A stretch of DNA of 64,000 bases from Candidatus Poribacteria bacterium (GCA_965218095.1 OZ244587.1:4256001-4320000); one strand, 5' to 3'; numbered from the stretch's first letter, positions 48,590 to 59,107 are shown. Notes: generated by a model from the sequence alone, not told the origin. Numbers and translations: made by a program.

Positions 48590-49950
48590 AGTAGCGGTTT
48601 CTTTGATTAATTCACCGCCAAGCAGAGGCAGCGCCAGGTAATTACTCCCTGGCTGATCTCTGTTTTTCTCCATCTGGTACTTGTGATTATCGTAGCATTG
48701 ACAATCAAGAATCAGATCGTGGAGATTGACGCCATCATCATTGAGTGAGTCGAATTGCCAGCGCAGTCGATGCATAAAGTCGAAAAACCGCTCGTCAATC
48801 GCATTCAGCCTAAAGTGGTGCTCAATCGATCTCTGAGACTGAGAAATCAGCCTAAACTCCACATCTCTTCGCCACCACAGATTGCAGAGATCGCTCGTGA
48901 ATCGCTAACACCCATTCGGCGCGATGTCGACTTTTCTCCAAAATTGCCGGACACCATCACGGCGCCGGTGATGACCGCCGCTAAAGCGTCAGCAGGTCGA
49001 CGTGATTTCGTTCTCGCATCGTCTACAGTGTCCTCGCCTGATGTCAGAACCGACGGAGGAATATTGACCAATCGTCTCCCTGCTCCGGGCCGGGGAAAGC
49101 CGCAATCAAATGCTATTGCTTCGATTGTTAAATCGACAGATGCAACCGATTCCGCGGATCTCTCCGCGGATCGTTTTACGAATCTCATCATGGTTCCCGA
49201 AAACAAACTAGGGGCAGTCCTCGTTGGTGAAAGAATGGATGTCCAAGGGCATATTTGGCTTAAATATTCGCTTTCCGATTGGTGGCAGGATCCGACAGCA
49301 ATACCGAGCTTCATGAAGTGGCTTGCTGAACATACACGTCTTCGCGCCGACATGAAATTTGCGGGGGGGCTTCGCATGACTGATTCGCGTATTCTCGACG
49401 CCCCCATTATTTTCATGACGGGGCACGACAAGGACATTGTTGTTGGGCGCAGTCTCGCTAAAGGTGGGCCATTGACCGATTCGTTCTCGGCAGAGGAGCG
49501 GATGGCTTTGCGGAAATACATCGTTGAACGGGGCGGGATGCTCTTTTTCGACGATTGTAGGTTTAATGGATTGTTCGCCGCTCAGGTTGCTGATGAACTT
49601 CAACAGATATTTCCCGAGTATCCACTTGAAAATATCCCGCACAGCCATGAAATTTACCAGATCTACTACTAGCTTCCCATTCCCCCAACCGGCGGTGATG
49701 TCTTTTGGGGGCTGAGAATAATCCGAAGGCTTCCAAATTCAAATATCAAAAAGGTATCACGATTGGACATCGGCTAGCTGTGATTTACAACCGCAAGGAC
49801 TATATGTGTGCGATGGAAACGATGGAGATTCAAAGCCGGATGATGTTGAGGTTGCGCCGATCGACGGATGTGCATCGGTTCATGACGAATCTGCTCGTCT
49901 ATGCGATGAAGCACGGTGGGAATACGGATAGATCTGCTTACAAATCCTAG
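48590..49950 (+). pseudogene. Second TonB-anchor + DUF4159 protein, disrupted
   Basis: Upstream of ORF 48755 the same frame reads PWLISVFLHLVLVIIVAL (S-x3-H TM); stops at 48608, 48746 and 49670, frameshift near 49705; SDWWQD, FMTGHD, GGMLFFDDC, KDYMCAME, RFMTNLLVYA match the paralog at 33334. Confidence 0.85.
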
Positions 49951-50204
49951 TACAGGAAAATGAACCATCTCCCAGATTTTGTTATCAGCTTGAGTTTTTT
50001 ACCGATTTGGGTTCTGCGTTTATCGTGAGTTTGGATTGACCCAAAATTTGCATGGCTTCCATCTTGATACTGCTTATCCAATCGCTATTTAGCCTGCCCA
50101 TACCTTCCGCCAGCCTTTTTCAAAATGTCCTGTCCGGCGATGTTGACCACAACGAAGTGGAAACGGTCGGCCGACGTTTCTTCTCAGAATCTATGTTAGC
50201 ATTA

Positions 50205-51024
50205 GGTTCTGTTGACATTTGAGTATAAGGTTGTGGCATAATAGAAGAATGATGCCAATAACCTTACCCGATGACCAATGGAAAAAGATATACTCGTTTC
50301 TTCTAACTTGTCCCAACATCTATGTTGGCAACGAAGCAACAACACGCCGCTTTATCGAAGCTGTTCTCTGGGCGACCCATAGCGGTGCTCAATGGAGACT
50401 TCTGCCAGACACCTATGGTAAATCGAACACCCTCTATAAGCGTTTTGCTCGGTGGTGCGACAAAGGGGGCTTCACACAGATCCACCACCACTTCGCCGCC
50501 GACCCCGATATCGAGTCGCTTATTGTGGACAGTACAATCATTCGAGCGCACCCGTCTGCGGCGGGTGCCGAAAAAAAAGGGTGGCACTGAAAACCAAGCG
50601 TTAGGTCGCTCTCGCGGGGGATTCAGTACAAAAATTCACATCACAGTTGACGGCCTGGGTAATCCACTAAGAATACATCTGACGCCCGGTCAAAGAAACG
50701 ACATAGCGGAAGCAGAAGCGTTTATACTTGGATATAAAAGTGAGTATGTGATTGGAGACAAGGGATATGACTCCGACAATTTTATCGCGGTTATTGAGGC
50801 GAATGGAGCGATTGCGGTGATACCGCCAAAAAGTCATCGTGTGGATCAAAGAGATTACGACAAACATCTGTACAAAGAGAGACATCTGGTTGAATGTTTC
50901 ATTAACAAGATAAAATGGTATCGCCGCATCTTCTCTCGGTTCGAGAAGTTAGCTATCCGTTATTTTGGATTTCTCAGCTTTGTCGCCACTCTTATTATGG
51001 CTCCCTTGAAATGTCAACAGAACC
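50205..51024 (+). mobile_element. IS5-family copy 3, near-intact
   Basis: Both IRs, TA duplication, orfA/orfB with A8G slippery site; a 1-nt insertion near the 3' end; interrupts a small degraded ORF. Confidence 0.92.
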
Positions 51025-51181
51025 TAGTACAAGATCGATTAATCCATTTACGGACGACCATTTTTCGTGCAGAAGATAATCTTTACTCAGATTAATCCAC
51101 GATATAGAAGAGATTAATTGTGATCTCATTTGATCTGAAAGGAGTGTCGTCTCAATGTGAAGAATTTAATAGAAAAAACAC

Positions 51182-51210
51182 TTGACAGAAAATTGCAGAA
51201 GTGGTATCTT
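51182..51210 (+). promoter_or_regulatory. Sigma-70 promoter about 420 nt upstream of the large envelope gene
   Basis: A-tract then TTGACA-17-TATCTT with TG. Confidence 0.65.
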
Positions 51211-51631
51211 AAAGGTTACTTTTTTTGAGGTATAAATTTATTAAAAAAAAGCATTGACCAAATACAGTTAGGAGTTACGCACTTCAAATTGAACAAACCG
51301 TATTATGCCTGCATTTCGAATCCTGAATCCAGAACAAGATGCAAGATACAGGATGCAGACATAGCTTGAGTCTGTAGAATTAGTTGCGTAAGTCCTATAC
51401 AGGTTAAACCTGAGTTTTTTCGCCTTTTTAATGAATCCTTTTTAAAGGAGGTTACGATATGTTGTACTACTGACGCAAGTTGAAATAGGTGCGGGATCGA
51501 TAAATGGTCAAAAATTTGACAATTGCAGTCAATTCCCAAATTGTTCAACTTGATTCTTGATGAACCTGATTACGAAAGTTTTATACCTTAACTTTTACAT
51601 CAAGTAATTTATGATTTCCTCAAGGAGGCAA

Positions 51632-54600
51632 ATGAAAATAATGCAGGTTTCAAAACACTCACCTGATGTGTTGTTTATTGTAGCCGGGTTAATAGGCTGT
51701 TTCGTGCTTTATGGATGCGCCACAACCAGCCTTGGTCCACAGGAACCGCTTTTACCAACAGTCGAAGGGCAAGCGCATTTTTCGGCTCGCTTCCAATTAG
51801 AAGAAGAACCACAATTCTTCTATGACTTGTTCGGTAAAGAACTCCTCGAAGGTAATGAAGTTTACAATTACCGTGAACAGAAACAGTTTGATAGGAACGG
51901 AGAACTGATTGTGGGTTGGACCGGTCAGCTTGATAGTGAAAGGTTCTCCGCACAGTTAGACCGTCAGATCCTAACTGAAGATAACTTCCGTGGTAGATTT
52001 ACACAGTTCGCAATCGGGGACAACATGCGTATTAAACCCGCAACGCTATTTCCGAATCGATATATCATCCACAAGACGGAATTCGATGGTTTCCGGTGGG
52101 ATATTTCTTTCTCACAAGAACGTCACCTTTTTACCTTGTTGAATTCGCGTATTTCTAACCCGGTACAGTTGTCTGATGCAGCAGCGAACCTTGCACCAAC
52201 GCTTGGTCGCCGGAACGGTTTGAGCGACGATGTCGGTCTTCGTCATATTGAGAATGCCCGCTTGATCGGATTCCGCGCGCAAGGGTTGCTGGGAGATGTG
52301 TTCCGCGTCGGATTCACCTACGTCAATCTCCACAAAGAACACCCAGAAAGAGTTGAGAATCCTCTGTTCGGCGGCACGGTGGCGAATACGCCTCCGGAGC
52401 GTATCGTTATTGTCTTCCGCGACGATTCACCGGAAGATAATCACGTTGACATCTTAGAGCACGACCTTGAGAGACCCGAACACGTAAGATTTATTCAGGG
52501 CGGGGTCGGCGTTGCAGTTAAGGGGCTAAAGGTGCATCTTGTCACACAACCCCTTGGCGGTTTTCCTGAGCAGGGTCCTGACCGTCCGCCGGGACGTGAG
52601 CGCACGAGAACGATTCCAGTTTTTCTCGACGCTATTACTGCCGTAGAGGGTAGCAATGACCCCCGTGAGACCCCTGATGGCTACAAAATTGTCGAGGGGT
52701 TCGATAAAATGCAGTACGTATTAGACTTTAACGATCCTGACCCGCTTAGTACTGCGGACGAACCGATCGACCCCCGAACAGTAAAGTCAATCGAGTTTGA
52801 GATGGACGTTGCAGGCGACTATAATATCGCTTTCATCGGATTTAGCGAAGCAAACAAGTCAGAGGATCCGCTAGGGGCAGAATGGATTAAAACCGAGGAC
52901 GGTCATATCGAAATGCCTTACCGTGATGTGATTGAAGCCCCCGGCAATTATGGTCAATCAGACCACTATACGGATAACAGGGCAGCGCTTCGCGATGCCC
53001 CAAGTAGATGGAAGGATGAAGGGAAACCGCGTAAGATTCGGTATCGCTATGGTGCGGCACGTGCTGGAGTGATGTATGGTCTTGATCTTGAAGGAACTCT
53101 GTTTAATACCTTTGTCCGTGCGCATTACTCGATTAATGGCAAATTTAAGCAGTATCCAACCATTCCCAAAGACCAAGTTGGTTTCAGCCGGACGAATCCT
53201 GAAATTGAAGGGGCTAGCATCACCATAGATGAGCGCGAAACCCTGGACGATGGGGTTACACCTAACCCTACCTTCCGAGTCGCCCTGGATGCCAATGGTA
53301 TCCCGACATACTCTGTAACGGAGGGAGAAAGATTTGAAGCCAAGTTAAATGGGAATCCGGATAGTGACGGAGAGATGGGCCGTGAAACAGCGTGGTTTAT
53401 TAACCTCAAGCAGCGTTTCGGCAAGATCTTCCTCGAAGAGACTGTCTACCACATTGATCCGGGTTACACGACAACCTATCATAACTTCGGTGCAAACGAC
53501 TCAAGGGATGCGACCTATTCTCTTGAACGAACTCCTGAATCTGGTGCGGAAATCCTTCCGTATGATCAAATCGATTATCAACTTGTCGAAGACGATGATG
53601 ACGACGACGACTGGCCAGATAGCATCGATTTTGACGGCGTCCTGCCGCAAGCCGATGACCGTGACCAGAATGGCATCCTCGATTTCCAAGAAGACTTCCT
53701 CATCTTTGAGGCAGATCCACCGGTTTTTGAAGATCTCCTTGACCTGAATAACAACGGGATTGTTGATTCATTAGAAGATGATTTTGAACCGCAATATGAG
53801 TACGGTATCGACCGCGAAGGATACCATATCGCCGCTAGCTACGACTTACTCGAGAACTTGACCGTCAAACTGGGCTGGTTAAACGAAAGCGAGATTTCCA
53901 GCCGGCGGAAAAATAATTCAAAATACATTCATCTTATTTATCAGCGCGACATTCCAGATTTTGGAACGATTCTGTTCCAGAATCGTTTGCTCCGCGTTGA
54001 GGATGATATTCCGGAGTACTCGATTACCTTGCGCCCCGGTGAACTGGCTACCGTGCAACAAAGTGATGCACTTGACTTCTTCAACGCGCGAGTGAATCTG
54101 ACAAGCATCCAGTTTCTTTACACTGCGATTCCAAACTTGCAACTTGAAACGAAGCTCCTCGTTGACTGGCGGAAGCAGTTGGAACCGGATCCCGAGGAAG
54201 CGATTGCGAAGGATTTTCCGCAAGATGACATAACATTAGAGAAGGATGATCGCGTCGATTTCATGGTGCCGGACGAGCAGGTGCGTGCGGATGGTGAGAA
54301 GCGCGCATCCCCGTTCTATCCGGATCATGGGCTTAACCCACTAGATCCAGAAGATACCGGCTTAATCTATAATCCAGATAACTGGATACCCCGCCGTTAT
54401 ACGGAAAAGACTGTCCGTAACCAGGTCACCATTATCAAAGCTAGATATGAAATTCCATTAGGCGATTTGCCAGGGGTTGACAAAATTGGTGAAGATTTAA
54501 CACTGACACCGATGGTTAAATATATCTGGACTCGGGCCTTCGATCGCGCCGCTGAGAAGATTGGCGAGGTACTTAATCCCACTCTATTTGTTCCTGACTC

Positions 54601-54961
54601 TCCGGAGGTAGTCGAATATCTGCGATTTAACCGGCGGAGTCGTGAGGATGTTATGGGCGTTCGTTTGGATTATCAGTTCACCCAAAGAGTCAATATCCTC
54701 GGTGGTTTCCAGTACCGTAAATTTACCAACCGAGATCAGAATATCAAAAGCTATCTAACCACTCCAGCGTTTGTGGATGCAGATCTTCCGATCCTGTTCC
54801 GTCCAGACATACGGACACGTATCTTTGAAGTTCAGGCAATCAACCGTGGTGAATGGCTTGGTTTCAATATTGTCATTCTCGCCGGTTTCAGAAGAACCAC
54901 AATCTTGCTTGAGCACACGACAAGTAATACGACGTTCGTTCGAGCAATGATGGGATTCTAA
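51632..54961 (+). CDS. Large hypothetical outer-membrane (lipo)protein, probable beta-barrel with Ca-binding loops
   Basis: AAGGAGG RBS; lipobox-like VLYGC; alternating beta-strand segments; DDDDDDDWPD, DRDQNGILD, DLNNNGIVD motifs; ends FVRAMMGF (terminal Phe). Confidence 0.75.
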   Translation: MKIMQVSKHSPDVLFIVAGLIGCFVLYGCATTSLGPQEPLLPTVEGQAHFSARFQLEEEPQFFYDLFGKELLEGNEVYNYREQKQFDRNGELIVGWTGQLDSERFSAQLDRQILTEDNFRGRFTQFAIGDNMRIKPATLFPNRYIIHKTEFDGFRWDISFSQERHLFTLLNSRISNPVQLSDAAANLAPTLGRRNGLSDDVGLRHIENARLIGFRAQGLLGDVFRVGFTYVNLHKEHPERVENPLFGGTVANTPPERIVIVFRDDSPEDNHVDILEHDLERPEHVRFIQGGVGVAVKGLKVHLVTQPLGGFPEQGPDRPPGRERTRTIPVFLDAITAVEGSNDPRETPDGYKIVEGFDKMQYVLDFNDPDPLSTADEPIDPRTVKSIEFEMDVAGDYNIAFIGFSEANKSEDPLGAEWIKTEDGHIEMPYRDVIEAPGNYGQSDHYTDNRAALRDAPSRWKDEGKPRKIRYRYGAARAGVMYGLDLEGTLFNTFVRAHYSINGKFKQYPTIPKDQVGFSRTNPEIEGASITIDERETLDDGVTPNPTFRVALDANGIPTYSVTEGERFEAKLNGNPDSDGEMGRETAWFINLKQRFGKIFLEETVYHIDPGYTTTYHNFGANDSRDATYSLERTPESGAEILPYDQIDYQLVEDDDDDDDWPDSIDFDGVLPQADDRDQNGILDFQEDFLIFEADPPVFEDLLDLNNNGIVDSLEDDFEPQYEYGIDREGYHIAASYDLLENLTVKLGWLNESEISSRRKNNSKYIHLIYQRDIPDFGTILFQNRLLRVEDDIPEYSITLRPGELATVQQSDALDFFNARVNLTSIQFLYTAIPNLQLETKLLVDWRKQLEPDPEEAIAKDFPQDDITLEKDDRVDFMVPDEQVRADGEKRASPFYPDHGLNPLDPEDTGLIYNPDNWIPRRYTEKTVRNQVTIIKARYEIPLGDLPGVDKIGEDLTLTPMVKYIWTRAFDRAAEKIGEVLNPTLFVPDSPEVVEYLRFNRRSREDVMGVRLDYQFTQRVNILGGFQYRKFTNRDQNIKSYLTTPAFVDADLPILFRPDIRTRIFEVQAINRGEWLGFNIVILAGFRRTTILLEHTTSNTTFVRAMMGF

Positions 54962-54962
54962 C

Positions 54963-55004
54963 AAAAAAAAGAGCACCGAGCATTTTTATGCTTGGTGCTC
55001 TTTT
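54963..55004 (+). terminator. Intrinsic terminator
   Basis: AAAAGAGCACCGAGCAT-tttt-ATGCTTGGTGCTCTTTT. Confidence 0.85.
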
Positions 55005-55310
55005 AGATTTTACCGAAACTTTCAAAAAACGAAGGTGTTTATAAAGCTAGGATTTCGCATTGTATTCATATACGACAGCGGGCTTTGGTCGCAGTTCTGA
55101 ACGAAAGTTCAGGCTCAAAGTTCAAGTCCGTTGAACCGGGCTAAGGTCTCTACGTTTAGTTAGCTTGAGTAGAGATGTAACTCTTACGTCTCTACGTCTC
55201 GAATTGAAAGTTGAAGTGAAGTTTCGTTGTAGCACTAAGGAGATGTCTGATTCAGACACGCTCTTCAGAATTTTTAACCTGAGATGTCAGAACTCCAATA
55301 GGAGGAAAAT

Positions 55311-56297
55311 ATGAAACGCGTGAGTTTAACCTTAATCTTATCTAGCCTATTGATTGTTTACGGCGCGGTTGCATTTGCCCAGGATACAATCGGTACGGTG
55401 CGTGGCAACGTCGTAGATACCACAACGGCACAAACCCCAATTGCTGATGTCCGAGTCGTTATTGTTGGCACTGATGGCTCAGAGAAGGAAGGTATGACAG
55501 ATGACGCTGGTGAATATGAAATATCCGGTGTGTCCCCGGGTCGTTATCTGCTTAGTATTTACAAAAACGCCTACAAGGAACGAATGGGTAAACCTGTCAC
55601 CGTTGTCGCTGGAGGCGATCACTACGTGCCGATGAAAATGACCAAAAAGGACACTATCGTCAGTTTCTTCCAAAAGTTTGGGCTTGTTTTCTGGCCGCTT
55701 CTCCTCTGTTCTGTGGCTGCGTTGACCTTCATTATTGAACGTCTCTTTACTTTTGTAAGGAGCCGCTCCAAGCTCGGAACAGAACAGTTCATGGCAAATA
55801 TCACCGATTCTCTGCGTAATGATAACATTATGGAAGCGGTTTCAACCTGCGAAGAGGCAGGCGGTCCGCTCGCAAACGTTCTGAAAGCAGGCTTGTTGAG
55901 ATATAGCCAGGCCCAGATTGAAGAGCGGGAGATTACGAAAGAAGAGGTACAGGAAGCGATTCAAGAAGCGGGCCTCCTTGAAATTCCTGAACTTGAACGA
56001 AACACACCTGTGATTAGTACAGTCGCGGTTATCTCTCCTTTGTTTGGTCTCCTCGGTACTGTGATGGGTATGATTAGCGCATTTACCACGATTGCGTTAG
56101 AAGGCACTGGTGACCCACAGGCGCTTGCCGGTGGTATTTCTCAAGCATTGCTAACTACTGCTGGTGGCTTAACTGTTGCCATTCCTTGCATTATTTTCGC
56201 CCAGATCTTTGAGAGCTGGGTCAACCGATTTGTGCTTGAGATTGAGCAGGTTTCGACGGAAATCGTAAACCAACTGATCCTTGGTCAATCAACATAA
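55311..56297 (+). CDS. exbB: MotA/TolQ/ExbB proton channel with N-terminal carboxypeptidase-regulatory-like beta-sandwich
   Basis: Signal peptide; GTVRGNVVD...TDDAGEYEISGVSPGRYLL domain; WPLLLCS...IIER; SPLFGLLGTVMGMI..F; GGISQALLTTAGGL.VAIP. Confidence 0.92.
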   Translation: MKRVSLTLILSSLLIVYGAVAFAQDTIGTVRGNVVDTTTAQTPIADVRVVIVGTDGSEKEGMTDDAGEYEISGVSPGRYLLSIYKNAYKERMGKPVTVVAGGDHYVPMKMTKKDTIVSFFQKFGLVFWPLLLCSVAALTFIIERLFTFVRSRSKLGTEQFMANITDSLRNDNIMEAVSTCEEAGGPLANVLKAGLLRYSQAQIEEREITKEEVQEAIQEAGLLEIPELERNTPVISTVAVISPLFGLLGTVMGMISAFTTIALEGTGDPQALAGGISQALLTTAGGLTVAIPCIIFAQIFESWVNRFVLEIEQVSTEIVNQLILGQST

Positions 56298-56368
56298 AGA
56301 CTTCACTGCTCTCCCTGCCAACTCATAAAGTGGCAGAGAGAGCTATCATGAACAGGAGGTAGTCGAAG

Positions 56369-56815
56369 ATGGCAGATCCGAGAGAACCCGGTGGCGTGAC
56401 ACGGCTTGCCGCTAGGGATAGGAGAGGGCCTAAACTCGATATGGCTCCGATGATTGACTGTGTGTTTCTGCTTCTGATTTTCTTCATGGTTTCGACCAGT
56501 TTCGCACCGATGCCTGGTATCCGTGTTCAATTACCCCCTCCGGGCAAACCGAGCCCCAATAAACCGAAGGGGCTCATTGTAAGGATTGCTAACCCTGAAG
56601 GGGCTCAGAAATTTGGCACAATGATCTTGAGTGACGAGATTGTCAACATCAACCAGATGTTTAGCGAATTTATCCATGCTCCTGAAGAGATCAAGAATAT
56701 GCTAATCATCCAGTCAGAACGGGATGTTTTGCATGAGCAGATTATTAGTGTGATGGATATTGCCAAGCAAGCAGGTATAGACAAAGTTGGCTTTGCAGTA
56801 GTGGCAAGGGAATAA
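56369..56815 (+). CDS. exbD: ExbD/TolR family protein
   Basis: MAPMIDCVFLLLIFFMV with essential Asp; VMDIAKQAGI. Confidence 0.92.
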   Translation: MADPREPGGVTRLAARDRRGPKLDMAPMIDCVFLLLIFFMVSTSFAPMPGIRVQLPPPGKPSPNKPKGLIVRIANPEGAQKFGTMILSDEIVNINQMFSEFIHAPEEIKNMLIIQSERDVLHEQIISVMDIAKQAGIDKVGFAVVARE

Positions 56816-56829
56816 CAAAGGAGGATACG

Positions 56830-57252
56830 ATGGCTATGCAATTTAGGCGGATAAAAGGTGGGGAGCGAGAGCAAGCCCTGATGATGGAACCAATGATTGA
56901 TTGTGTGTTTTTGCTATTGATCTTCTTTATGGTATCGGCGGTTATGCGCGTTCCTCCACCTTTTACAATTACTCTGCCAGAGTCAGCTACGAAGCACGAT
57001 TTCCCTCGAAAAAAATTCAACCTCTATATCAGCCCAGATGGAAGGGTTTCCTTTGATGATCTGGAAATGCTTACGCTAGACGACATGGAAATGTTCCTGT
57101 CAGCAAAAGAGAGTCAAATTAGTACACTCATTATCAAGGCTGATAGACGCGCCAAACACGGCGTCGTTATTGATGTCATGGAACGTGCGAAACGTCGATT
57201 TAGTAAACCAGAAGGTCAGGAGATTGCTTTAGCAGTTTCAGAGGACGAGTAA
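56830..57252 (+). CDS. exbD: Second ExbD/TolR family protein
   Basis: MEPMIDCVFLLLIFFMV; ITLPES; IKADRRAKHGVVIDVM. Confidence 0.92.
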   Translation: MAMQFRRIKGGEREQALMMEPMIDCVFLLLIFFMVSAVMRVPPPFTITLPESATKHDFPRKKFNLYISPDGRVSFDDLEMLTLDDMEMFLSAKESQISTLIIKADRRAKHGVVIDVMERAKRRFSKPEGQEIALAVSEDE

Positions 57253-57286
57253 ACGCTCAATTGATTTTTAGAGTCCCAATTTCATT

Positions 57287-57313
57287 AAAGGCAGCCAGTG
57301 TGCTGCCTTTTTT
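57287..57313 (+). terminator. Intrinsic terminator closing exbBDD
   Basis: AAAGGCAGC-cagtgt-GCTGCCTTTTTT. Confidence 0.85.
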
Positions 57314-57404
57314 ATTTTCCTTGCAATCCTGCCTGATACAAGGAGACAGGTATGACTCATGTGAAAAATAAGTGCAGAATAACGAAGATAATAGGACATT
57401 TCAG

Positions 57405-58742
57405 ATGAATGAACGCGAAAAGATCCTCATTGTTGACGATGAACCCGATACCATCCTCATCTTACGAGATCGCCTTGAGATGGACGGTTACGAGGTTGTC
57501 ACTGCCACTGATGGACATGAAGCTCTTGTGCTGATCGATCAGGACTTACCGGATCTGGTGCTTCTGGACATTCAAATGCCACGCATGGACGGATTGGAAA
57601 CCCTTGCGCACATCCATCAAAAATACCCCGGTTTACTCGTGCTCATGTTGACGGCGCATGGAACGATCCAACGCGCTGTCGAGACAACGAAGCGCGGGAC
57701 TTACGATTTTTTGGAGAAACCCTTCCAACCAGAACATATTAAACAGAAGGTCGATCAGGCATTAGAGCATCAGCGCACAACTGAACACAGTGCCAGAGAT
57801 GAGCTCATTCACAGCTATGAAGAGATCGTGGGCGAAAGTCCGCGCATCCTTGAAGTCTTGAAGATCATCGAAAAAGTTTCGGATACTAACTCGACGGTGC
57901 TGATCCAAGGGGAAAGCGGAACGGGAAAAGAGTTGGTTGCTCGTGCACTCCATCGAAATAGTTCGCGCAGAAATAAAGAGATGGTTGTGGTGAATTGTGC
58001 CGCAATTCCAGATCACCTTTTAGAAAGCGAACTCTTTGGACACGAGCGTGGCGCTTTCACTGGAGCGACCTATCAAAAGATTGGAAAGTTTGAACGTGCA
58101 CACGGCAGTACCCTATTTCTCGACGAGGTCGGAGATATGTCAATTGAACTGCAAGCCAAGTTGTTACGTGCCTTGCAGGAAGGGGAAATCGAGCACCTTG
58201 GCGGGACAAAGATGATTCATGTTGACACCCGAATCATTGCGGCAACTAATCAGGATCTGCGCCAGTCCATTGAAACCGGAGCATTCCGTCAAGACCTCTA
58301 CTACCGTCTGAATATGATTCCGATTCACCTACCCCCACTGCGCGGACGCCGGGAGGATATCTTGATATTAGCTGAGTATTTTCTGCGAAAACATGGCCAA
58401 GCCCACAATCAACCGGTACGACTAATTAGCCAGAAGGCAAGAGACCTCCTCATGCAATACAACTGGCCTGGCAATGCGCGAGAACTGGAATATTTCATCC
58501 TACGAGCCGTCCTTTTTGCTGAGGGCGATGCGATCCTTCCAAAACACCTCCCCGAAGAAATCCAACCCGCGACGCAGGATTTCGCTTCGCACAACATGAC
58601 AATGAAGGAAATGGAGAAAGAGTTGATCCTCAAGACCCTTGAGCGGATGGCGGGCAATCGCACGCAAACGGCACAGGTTTTGGGGATTAGCTTGCGTTCC
58701 TTGCAGTATAAACTGAAGAGTTATGCAGAAGAGGCAAGGTAG
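57405..58742 (+). CDS. Sigma-54-dependent response regulator (NtrC/AtoC family)
   Basis: Receiver (VDDE, LLDIQMP, EKP), GESGTGKE, GAFTGA, LDEVG, DLYYRL, WPGN, Fis-type HTH. Confidence 0.95.
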   Translation: MNEREKILIVDDEPDTILILRDRLEMDGYEVVTATDGHEALVLIDQDLPDLVLLDIQMPRMDGLETLAHIHQKYPGLLVLMLTAHGTIQRAVETTKRGTYDFLEKPFQPEHIKQKVDQALEHQRTTEHSARDELIHSYEEIVGESPRILEVLKIIEKVSDTNSTVLIQGESGTGKELVARALHRNSSRRNKEMVVVNCAAIPDHLLESELFGHERGAFTGATYQKIGKFERAHGSTLFLDEVGDMSIELQAKLLRALQEGEIEHLGGTKMIHVDTRIIAATNQDLRQSIETGAFRQDLYYRLNMIPIHLPPLRGRREDILILAEYFLRKHGQAHNQPVRLISQKARDLLMQYNWPGNARELEYFILRAVLFAEGDAILPKHLPEEIQPATQDFASHNMTMKEMEKELILKTLERMAGNRTQTAQVLGISLRSLQYKLKSYAEEAR

Positions 58743-58823
58743 GGTAAAATAGGATAACGAAACAGAAAGATCGTTGATTTTCCAGTGACTTCATCAGCTC
58801 AACGTTTGTACGACGAGGTAACC

Positions 58824-59107
58824 ATGAACGTCGATCCTGAAATTGTTGAACTCCGAAATTTAGTGAAACAAACCACTGAACTTGTCAACCAAAATGCGAA
58901 GGATCATGCGCACTTGCGTGGCACTTTCGGGCAGATAGACAACCGCATCAATGGTCTAGTTCAATCTGTTGATAACCACTTTGGACAGATAGGGGAGCGG
59001 ATATCGGGAGTTGAGAGCCAACTTAACACTCAACTGCGCTGGATTATTGGACGATGGCGCCAATGTATATGGCACTGATTGTCCTGGTTGTGAAGACATT
59101 TTTCTGA
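58824..59107 (+). pseudogene. Small coiled-coil protein with C-terminal TM anchor, frameshifted near 59050
   Basis: Heptad FGQIDNRI repeats; a shifted frame gives RWIIGTMAPMYMALIVLVVKTFF*. Confidence 0.55.

Noticed and set aside
47867-48862. 331-aa minus-strand ORF
   Set aside because: Overlaps two plus-strand genes and a REP; looks like a shadow frame
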